NCBI GenBank assembly: GCA_944381085.1
Contig: CALWJX010000001.1
Coordinates: 83,428 to 147,427, forward strand
DNA: 64,000 bases
Direction: 5' to 3'
Source of the DNA: an uncultured Clostridia bacterium
Lineage (GTDB): Bacteria; Bacillota; Clostridia; Oscillospirales; CAG-272
Below are positions 57,669 to 64,000 of this stretch, piece by piece (the first letter of the stretch is position 1; the number at the start of each line of letters is the position of its first letter). A program made the translations under genes and the position numbers. A model generated the notes under the pieces. That model had not been told where the DNA came from. It worked only from the letters and a program-made list of their open reading frames with translations, and did not search any database.

Positions 57669-58784
57669 ATGAGTATCGACAAGATAATTACATACGCCGT
57701 AACTGTAGCTTTTCCGTGTTTTATCCTCCTTGTTTACCTGATTCCGGATGATACCTCAAAGAACATCATTCTGGCGGCGTTGTGCGTGCTTTTCGCGGCG
57801 CTTACCCTGTTGTTTATTAAAAAACGCGGTATTCTAAGGCTTGAAAAACGTCAGATACTGCTTGTGATGTCCGTGCTGTCGGTGTTTGTCGTCATGCTCG
57901 GATATATGACGGGGATTAAATTCGGGTTTGTCAAAAACCCCATTGTTACCCTGTACCTTTGGAAATACATTTTGCCCTACGCGGTAATAATAGCTTCTTC
58001 GGAGATTGTCAGAAAAACACTGCTTGCTCAGCAAAGCAGATTTGTATTCATATTTACATATTTCTCGTTCGTTATCCTCGACTGCGCTATGCTGTCGGGA
58101 GGCATAATATTTGACAGGTACGACGATTTCGCGGATTTTTTCGGAATGATACTTTTCCCCGCGCTTACGTCCAACATCCTGTATCACTATCTGTCGGGGC
58201 GGTACGGCGCGCTTCCGAATATCGTTTACAAGACCGTGATTTCGCTCTACAGATATGTAATTCCCATATTGCCCAAAATGCCGGACATGATGCTTTCCTT
58301 CGCGAAGATTATTTTGCCGCTGATAATCTGTCTGTGCATTTATGAGCTTTACAGAAAAAAGAAATCCGTCGTGTCAAGAGTAAGAAACCGCATAGGCATT
58401 GCCGCGGTATGCGTGTCGTTTGTGTTGACGTTTGCCTGCGTCATGCTTATATCCCGTCAGTTTCAATACGGACTTATTGTGGTAGGTTCCGAGAGTATGT
58501 CGGGGGAGATAGAGAAGGGCGACGGAATTGTTTTCGAGCAATACGACGGTCAGGTTCTTGAAGAAGGACGGATAATTGTCTTCAACCGGGACGGAACCGA
58601 AATAATCCACCGTATTATTGATGTGGAGAACATAAACGGTGAAATACGTTATTATACAAAGGGCGACGCCAACGACAGCGCCGACCCCGGATATATCACG
58701 TCCGACGACATAGTCGGCACATTAACCCTGAATATAAAGTATATCGGACTTCCGACAATTTGGATCCGATCGTTGTTTACATAG
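57669..58784 (+). CDS. Polytopic membrane domain fused to a SipW/ER-type signal peptidase I domain
   Basis: About 260 aa of TM-rich sequence, then VGSESMSGEIEKGD ... IIHRII ... TKGDANDSAD. These correspond to SGSMEP / THRIV / KGDNN in B. subtilis SipW. Confidence 0.75.
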   Translation: MSIDKIITYAVTVAFPCFILLVYLIPDDTSKNIILAALCVLFAALTLLFIKKRGILRLEKRQILLVMSVLSVFVVMLGYMTGIKFGFVKNPIVTLYLWKYILPYAVIIASSEIVRKTLLAQQSRFVFIFTYFSFVILDCAMLSGGIIFDRYDDFADFFGMILFPALTSNILYHYLSGRYGALPNIVYKTVISLYRYVIPILPKMPDMMLSFAKIILPLIICLCIYELYRKKKSVVSRVRNRIGIAAVCVSFVLTFACVMLISRQFQYGLIVVGSESMSGEIEKGDGIVFEQYDGQVLEEGRIIVFNRDGTEIIHRIIDVENINGEIRYYTKGDANDSADPGYITSDDIVGTLTLNIKYIGLPTIWIRSLFT

Positions 58785-58813
58785 AATTTTTAAATGTACA
58801 AGGAGGGGGCGTT

Positions 58814-60328
58814 ATGTCAGAAAAAGAAAAACTACAGCGCGACGAATATCAGAAAAGCCGTAAAAAACTGATTTTTTTGTTCTCGGTAATTGCTCTGGCG
58901 CTGGCATTTTTAACGGTGGTTACTTCCGTTGTCTTTGGGATACTCGACAGAAAGACATATGTTTCTTTCAAAGAACAGGGAAGCGTCGTATATAAGGCTT
59001 ACCTTGCCGACAATGAGTTTTACAGCGAGGAGTATCTCAACGGTAACCACGCCTATGTGGCGGAGCTGATTGAGAGCATGACCGCGGATTTCAGATACGA
59101 CCTGAATATGGACGCGAAAGACGTTACATATAAGTATTCGTATAATGTTGAAGCGGTGCTTGAGATTAAAGATCGCAATTCGGGCATGGTTATCTATAAC
59201 CCGGTATATGAGCTTGTTCCCGAAACCTCTGCGACTTCAGGCGACAGAGACCTTTCAATCGAGGATAATGTGTACATAGATTACAACATGTACAATGATA
59301 TCGCCAAAAACTTTCTTGAGGTATACGAGCTTAACAACACAACAAACACTTTGCGTGTAAGTATGTATGTGGATGTTGTGGGAGAGAGCGAGACATTCGC
59401 GAACGATAAAGAGGGACAGTATGTCATAGAGCTTTCGATACCATTGGCTCAGACCACAGTTACTCCGCAGGTATCGGCGTCGGTTCCGGCTTCTTCTCAA
59501 GTGCTCGCGCTTGATGGAATCGCTAAAATAGTACTGAAAGTTCTCGCAATCGTGTTCGGCGTTCTGTGCGGACTGATGATTGTCTTTACGGTTTTGTTTA
59601 TCGTACTTACCAGAGACGAGCATCTGGATTATTCCAGAAAAGTTCAGAAGCTTGTCGCGAGCTATAAATCTTATATACAGAAAATCAATAATCCCTTTGA
59701 TATGGAAGGGTATCAGATACTTTACGTGGATACGTTCCCGGAAATGCTTGAGATAAGGGATACCATTCAGACCCCGGTGCTCATGTATGAAAATGAAGAC
59801 AGAACCTGCACGCAGTTTTTTATTGCTTCGTGCGCGAAAATACTTTATCTCTTTGAGATTAAGGTTGATTTTCCGCCGGCTCCTCCGGAAGACCCTATAG
59901 ATTCCGAGCCTGTTTTGGAAGTTGTTACTCCCGAGCCTGAGCCTGAACCTATACCTGAGCCTGAACCCGAACCGGAACCCGAGCCTATACCTGAACCGGA
60001 ACCCGAACCGATAATTGAACCTGAACCGATTCCCGAACCCGAGCCGACAAAAGAAGAGGCGCAGGAAGCCGAGAATATGGTTGACGCTATTGACATCTCG
60101 TGGCCTGAGGGTGACGGCAGGACATACAGATACGACCCTAATGGGGAAAAACTTGATAAAGGCGACGAGGTGCTGGCGCCGTCGTTTGATAAGTTCAGAA
60201 AAAGAGAAATAGTGCGCAAGGCGACAGTCGCGCAGGGAAATTATAAGGTAGACCCCGACAGCTTGGAACATCCGCTTAAGAAAATAGCCGGAGTTGTCAA
60301 GAGAAATCTGTTGAGTATGTTCTGCTGA
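58814..60328 (+). CDS. Bitopic (TM-ectodomain-TM) protein with cytoplasmic PE-repeat linker and C-terminal globular domain
   Basis: ATG 58814 follows AGGAGGGGG. TMs at roughly residues 20-45 and 235-265. PEPEPEPIPEPEPEPEPEPIPEPEPEPIIEPEPIPEPEP. The N-terminal part may be DUF5305-like (from memory only). Confidence 0.7.
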   Translation: MSEKEKLQRDEYQKSRKKLIFLFSVIALALAFLTVVTSVVFGILDRKTYVSFKEQGSVVYKAYLADNEFYSEEYLNGNHAYVAELIESMTADFRYDLNMDAKDVTYKYSYNVEAVLEIKDRNSGMVIYNPVYELVPETSATSGDRDLSIEDNVYIDYNMYNDIAKNFLEVYELNNTTNTLRVSMYVDVVGESETFANDKEGQYVIELSIPLAQTTVTPQVSASVPASSQVLALDGIAKIVLKVLAIVFGVLCGLMIVFTVLFIVLTRDEHLDYSRKVQKLVASYKSYIQKINNPFDMEGYQILYVDTFPEMLEIRDTIQTPVLMYENEDRTCTQFFIASCAKILYLFEIKVDFPPAPPEDPIDSEPVLEVVTPEPEPEPIPEPEPEPEPEPIPEPEPEPIIEPEPIPEPEPTKEEAQEAENMVDAIDISWPEGDGRTYRYDPNGEKLDKGDEVLAPSFDKFRKREIVRKATVAQGNYKVDPDSLEHPLKKIAGVVKRNLLSMFC

Positions 60329-60389
60329 AATCTCGTTGATAACTTAATTCAGGTTGTTTTCTTTGAGTGAAAGGAGGTGTGAAGATAAA

Positions 60390-61472
60390 ATGAAAAGATT
60401 TGTGATTGTTGTAACCTGTATATTGCTCTGCTTTATTTTTGTCTTCACATGTATAGGTTACGCCGCGATTTCCGATACCTTGCAGATTTCGGGAAACGCG
60501 ACCGTGACGCCTCCGGAAGCAGTGTTTATTTCCGGCGCGGAGGTTGTTGGGGGAAACGCTACGGTGACATATTCGGGAACAAGCCTGTTTGTTACCGGAA
60601 GCGGTCAAGTGACAGTCAATATTACATTTTTCAATAATACTGCCGAGGTACATAGGTATAACGGGATAAGCGTGATTGATTCCTCAATTTTCAGCACTTA
60701 CCCTATGAGTATTTCAAGGGGAGCTGAAATCGCCATAAGTGGCACATTGGAAGCGACGATTACGTTAAATATTACCGGCAGCGCGAACGGAGAGGGCATA
60801 GTATTTGACTTTGTAACGGGAGATAGCTATATTGATAATCCGGCGGATCAGTTTGAGGATATACTGAATAATGAGGATAGCTTTAAGGAGCTTGAAGATA
60901 TTTTAAACGATGAGACGACAGTAGGCGGTGAAGGTCAGCGTGGAGACACGTCATATATTCAGAATACCGGAAACAATGCCGATGAAGTGAATAAAATAGT
61001 AAATGAATTGTTTGATGTCAATGGCGAGAGCCTTCTTACCGATGATACTACTGTCCTTATCAAGAGAGAAAACAAGGATGATATGCCACAGGGTGTAGAT
61101 GTTATGACATTGTATTTTGCAGCCACCTCAGAGATAACGTCTAAGGAACCCTCTATTATGGGGGTGACTGAAAATGTCAATGTCAGAGCTGCCATCTTTA
61201 TTAATAATGGTGAAGGTTGGGAACAAATAGTAAATCAGGAAGACGCTGGGAACGGCGGAATGTTTACGGGGGAGGCATTGGCGACATATTATGACTACAA
61301 GTATGAAGAGTGGTGGGGTCAACATCCGAGAGAGAATTATGACTCATTTGACACCGGTACATGGAGTACATACGACAATGGCATCATAACCAACATTGAA
61401 GGAGGGTCAACGGATATCGTGGCAAACGATGATGTCAGAACTATTGTAAACAAATACCTCGGGTATTATTAA
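60390..61472 (+). CDS. Secreted protein with SipW-cognate-like signal peptide (larger candidate subunit)
   Basis: MKRFVIVVTCILLCFIFVFTCIGYAAISDTLQISGNATV. ATG 60390 follows AAGGAGG. 360 aa. Confidence 0.7.
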   Translation: MKRFVIVVTCILLCFIFVFTCIGYAAISDTLQISGNATVTPPEAVFISGAEVVGGNATVTYSGTSLFVTGSGQVTVNITFFNNTAEVHRYNGISVIDSSIFSTYPMSISRGAEIAISGTLEATITLNITGSANGEGIVFDFVTGDSYIDNPADQFEDILNNEDSFKELEDILNDETTVGGEGQRGDTSYIQNTGNNADEVNKIVNELFDVNGESLLTDDTTVLIKRENKDDMPQGVDVMTLYFAATSEITSKEPSIMGVTENVNVRAAIFINNGEGWEQIVNQEDAGNGGMFTGEALATYYDYKYEEWWGQHPRENYDSFDTGTWSTYDNGIITNIEGGSTDIVANDDVRTIVNKYLGYY

Positions 61473-61512
61473 CTGCGGTTGGTATTCGTATAAAAGTAAA
61501 TATAAAATTACA

Positions 61513-61550
61513 GCCCCAAGGCGTCCGAAAACGGTCCTTGGGGCGATTTT
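61513..61550. terminator. Bidirectional terminator between convergent genes
   Basis: GCCCCAAGG (61513-61521) pairs with CCTTGGGGC (61536-61544), followed by GATTTTGTTT. Confidence 0.8.
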
Positions 61551-61577
61551 GTTTACAAATCTGTTTTAAATTCGGTT

Positions 61578-63245
61578 TTATTTCAGCTCAATAATGGATT
61601 CGTCCCACTTTTCGGGTTTTTCGTATCCCATGAGGTTGACCATAGTCGCCGCGACGTCCGAAAGCCCGAACTGTCCCTTGTCCTCTTTCACGGTATAATG
61701 CTCACGCGCGGAGGTGTTGTCGTATATAATACAGGGCACGGGGTTCAGGGTATGGCTTGTCTTGGCTTTCATTTTGCCGTCCTTACCTACCTTGGGAGCG
61801 CCGGTTTTTTTGTCGGTCTCAAACATTTCGTCGGCGTTTCCGTGGTCAGCCGTAATCACCGCCACTCCGCCGCACTTGTCGATTACCGGAAGAATTCTTC
61901 CAAGCTGAAGGTCAAGCGCTTCCACGGAGCAGCGTGTAGCCGCCAGATTTCCGGTGTGACCTACCATGTCCCCGTTCGGGAAATTGACGCGCAGGTAAGT
62001 GTATTTGCCCGACTCAAGTGCTTCGATGAGCTTGTCGGTTATCTCGGCGCACTTCATCCACGGGCGCTGTTCAAAGGGCACGACGTCGGACGGAACCTCC
62101 ACATATGTCTCAAGCTCCTCTGAGAATTTTCCCGACTTGTTTCCGTTCCAGAAATATGTCACATGACCGTATTTCTGCGTTTCGGAGATGGCGTACTGCG
62201 TTACCCCGGTGTTCGCGAGGTATTCGCCCATAGTTTCGGTTATTTCGGGCGGGGATACGAGATATTTGTGAGGAATATGCAAATCTCCGTCGTATTCGAG
62301 CATTCCCGCGTATACGACCTTGGGATAGCGCACTCTGTCGAACTTGTCGAACTCGCCCTCCGGAGTGTCAAAAGCTCTCGAAATTTCAATCGAGCGGTCG
62401 CCTCTGAAGTTGTAAAAGATAACGCTGTCGCCGTCTTCAATGGTTCCTACCGGCTTTCCGTCTTCGGCAATGACAAAAGGCGGGAGGTCCTGGTCGATGA
62501 CGTGATATTCGTCTCTGTAAGCCTTTACGGCGTCCGCCGCACAGGAAAACTGTCTGCCGATGCCGAGCACGTGTGTCTGCCAGCCAAGCTCAACCATAGC
62601 CCAGTTTGCCTCGTATCTGTCCATGGTTATCTTCATTCTTCCGCCGCCGCTCGCGATTTTTATATCGCAGTTATCGTCGCGCAGGGAAGCGATAAACTCC
62701 TCAAAAGGATTTATATATTCAAGCGCCGAGGTCTCTCCCACGTCCCGTCCGTCGATGAGAATGTGTATTCTTATGCGACCTACGCCTTCACTTTTCGCGT
62801 GTACTATCATGGCTCTCAGGTGTTCAATATTTGAATGAACATTGCCGTCGGAAAAAAGTCCTATAAAGTGCAGGGTGGATTTATTGTCTTTCACATTGGC
62901 GATAATTTCTTTCCAGGTGTTGTTGGCGAACATTTTACCGCTTTCGATAGACTGCGAGACCAGCTTCGCTCCCTGAGCGAAAACCTGACCTGCGCCGAGA
63001 GCGTTGTGTCCGACCTCGCTGTTTCCCATATCGTCGTCCGAGGGAAGACCTACCGCGGTTCCGTGCGCTTTCAGCTTTACCATCGGGTAATTTGCCATAA
63101 GCATGTCAAGGTTAGGAGTGTATGCCGAGGATACGGCGTTGGAGATCGAGTCGGGAGCCAGTCCTATTCCGTCCATAACAACCGTCAGAACGGGACCTTT
63201 AACGCCTTCAAATACGGAAGATTTTTTTAAAATATGTTTTTCCAT
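61578..63245 (-). CDS. gpmI: 2,3-bisphosphoglycerate-independent phosphoglycerate mutase (long form)
   Basis: VVMDGIGL, MGNSEVGHNALGAG (catalytic Ser region) and ITADHGNAD, 555 aa. Confidence 0.9.
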   Translation of the reverse strand: MEKHILKKSSVFEGVKGPVLTVVMDGIGLAPDSISNAVSSAYTPNLDMLMANYPMVKLKAHGTAVGLPSDDDMGNSEVGHNALGAGQVFAQGAKLVSQSIESGKMFANNTWKEIIANVKDNKSTLHFIGLFSDGNVHSNIEHLRAMIVHAKSEGVGRIRIHILIDGRDVGETSALEYINPFEEFIASLRDDNCDIKIASGGGRMKITMDRYEANWAMVELGWQTHVLGIGRQFSCAADAVKAYRDEYHVIDQDLPPFVIAEDGKPVGTIEDGDSVIFYNFRGDRSIEISRAFDTPEGEFDKFDRVRYPKVVYAGMLEYDGDLHIPHKYLVSPPEITETMGEYLANTGVTQYAISETQKYGHVTYFWNGNKSGKFSEELETYVEVPSDVVPFEQRPWMKCAEITDKLIEALESGKYTYLRVNFPNGDMVGHTGNLAATRCSVEALDLQLGRILPVIDKCGGVAVITADHGNADEMFETDKKTGAPKVGKDGKMKAKTSHTLNPVPCIIYDNTSAREHYTVKEDKGQFGLSDVAATMVNLMGYEKPEKWDESIIELK

Positions 63246-63622
63246 TCAGTATTTCCTTTCTTGATTTTTTCATTTTTCACTGATAACAGTATAACCCATT
63301 TTGTTTGTATTTTCAAGTATAAGCCTGAAAATTTTTGAAAAAAAACAGTATGAATTTTTAATTCAACATTACGTATTCTTTTGTAAAATAAGTACAAAAT
63401 AATTTCGTAAGCGGTTTTTTATTCTGAAAATACTCCGAAACACAAGCCGAAGTTGTAAAATTAAAAAAGATTTAATCTTTTTTTCTTGGGATATTAAATT
63501 ATAAAGTGAGAAAATATGTTGCATTTTCGGGGAAAGTAGTGTATAATATTAAAAGCAAAATCCGGAAAAATCAAAAAAGCATAAGCTAAGTGTAATAACT
63601 GCTTTGGGAAAGGAAGTAAAAA

Positions 63623-64000
63623 ATGTCGGAAGAATGTAATCATGATTGTTCAAGCTGTTCTGCCGATTGCTCGTCAAGACAGGGCGGAGTGACATATGAC
63701 GCGCCCAATCCGAAGAGCTCGGTGGGGCATATAATTGCCGTGGTCAGCGGAAAAGGCGGTGTGGGAAAATCGCTTGTGACCTCGATGCTGGCGGTGCAAT
63801 TGTCAAGAAAGGGATACCGTGTAGGTATACTTGACGCGGATATAACCGGTCCGTCGATACCGAAAGCGTTCGGTTTGCGTGAACCGGTTGAGGGCGACGG
63901 CGAAGGGTCTATGATACCTCCCGTGACGGCTACCGGTATTGGCGTGATGTCCGTAAACCTGATGCTTGACGACGAGAGCAGTCCGGTAATCTGGAGAGGG
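63623..64000 (+). CDS. Mrp/NBP35-family iron-sulfur cluster carrier ATPase (3' end outside window)
   Basis: ATG 63623 follows GGAAAGGAAG. Cys-rich N-terminus CNHDCSSCSADCS, then VVSGKGGVGKS. The frame stays open to the window end. Not in the ORF track. Confidence 0.85.
   Translation, partial: MSEECNHDCSSCSADCSSRQGGVTYDAPNPKSSVGHIIAVVSGKGGVGKSLVTSMLAVQLSRKGYRVGILDADITGPSIPKAFGLREPVEGDGEGSMIPPVTATGIGVMSVNLMLDDESSPVIWRG

Noticed and set aside
59929-60046. Short periodic DNA repeat that could be mistaken for a CRISPR-like or non-coding tandem repeat
   Set aside because: The period is 6 nt with no spacers. It lies in frame inside a well-supported CDS and encodes a PE linker.

Overview
64-kb chromosomal window, most consistent with a Clostridia-class Firmicute. 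Pointers are a T-box leader, a SipW/ER-type signal peptidase, PcrA, SecA with a zinc-finger tail, and many near-consensus sigma-A promoters. All calls come from reading the sequence and the ORF track by eye; no database or folding tool was run. The housekeeping backbone is typA (partial), rsmA plus a THUMP RNA methyltransferase, leuA-leuC-leuD-leuB behind a T-box, a DUF815 ATPase, rmuC, mnmA, trmL, secA, pcrA, an S1-domain protein, rplM-rpsI, gpmI and an Mrp/NBP35 ATPase (partial). A glycan-related neighbourhood holds a DUF2079-like membrane protein, a GH38 mannosidase, an ADP-ribosylglycohydrolase-like protein, a CotH-like lipoprotein and a 1297-aa surface protein with a GH99-like core. Four accessory modules stand out. 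(1) 1.2-5.7 kb is an AT-rich RiPP-type cluster: an unlisted 40-aa precursor ORF, a radical SAM/SPASM enzyme, a PqqD-like protein, an HPr-kinase-like P-loop protein and an ABC exporter. (2) 33.4-35.0 kb has a leader resembling a yybP-ykoY (Mn2+) riboswitch with a terminator, in front of an orphan Na+-pump decarboxylase beta/gamma gene pair. (3) 46.3-54.5 kb encodes a secreted protein, four tandem membrane-anchored paralogs with an exact 2142-bp two-gene period and mosaic sequence, and a MacAB-like adaptor/ATPase/FtsX-permease set. (4) 55.8-61.5 kb encodes a small tyrosine recombinase next to three copies of a 7-6-7 recombination core site (one inverted relative to two). These bracket a promoter-bearing segment upstream of an operon with two secreted proteins carrying SipW-cognate-like signal peptides, a polytopic-membrane::SipW-type peptidase fusion and a bitopic PE-repeat protein. 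This looks like a phase-variable fibre/matrix system and is my top candidate for something undescribed. No rRNA, tRNA, CRISPR array or transposase was seen.
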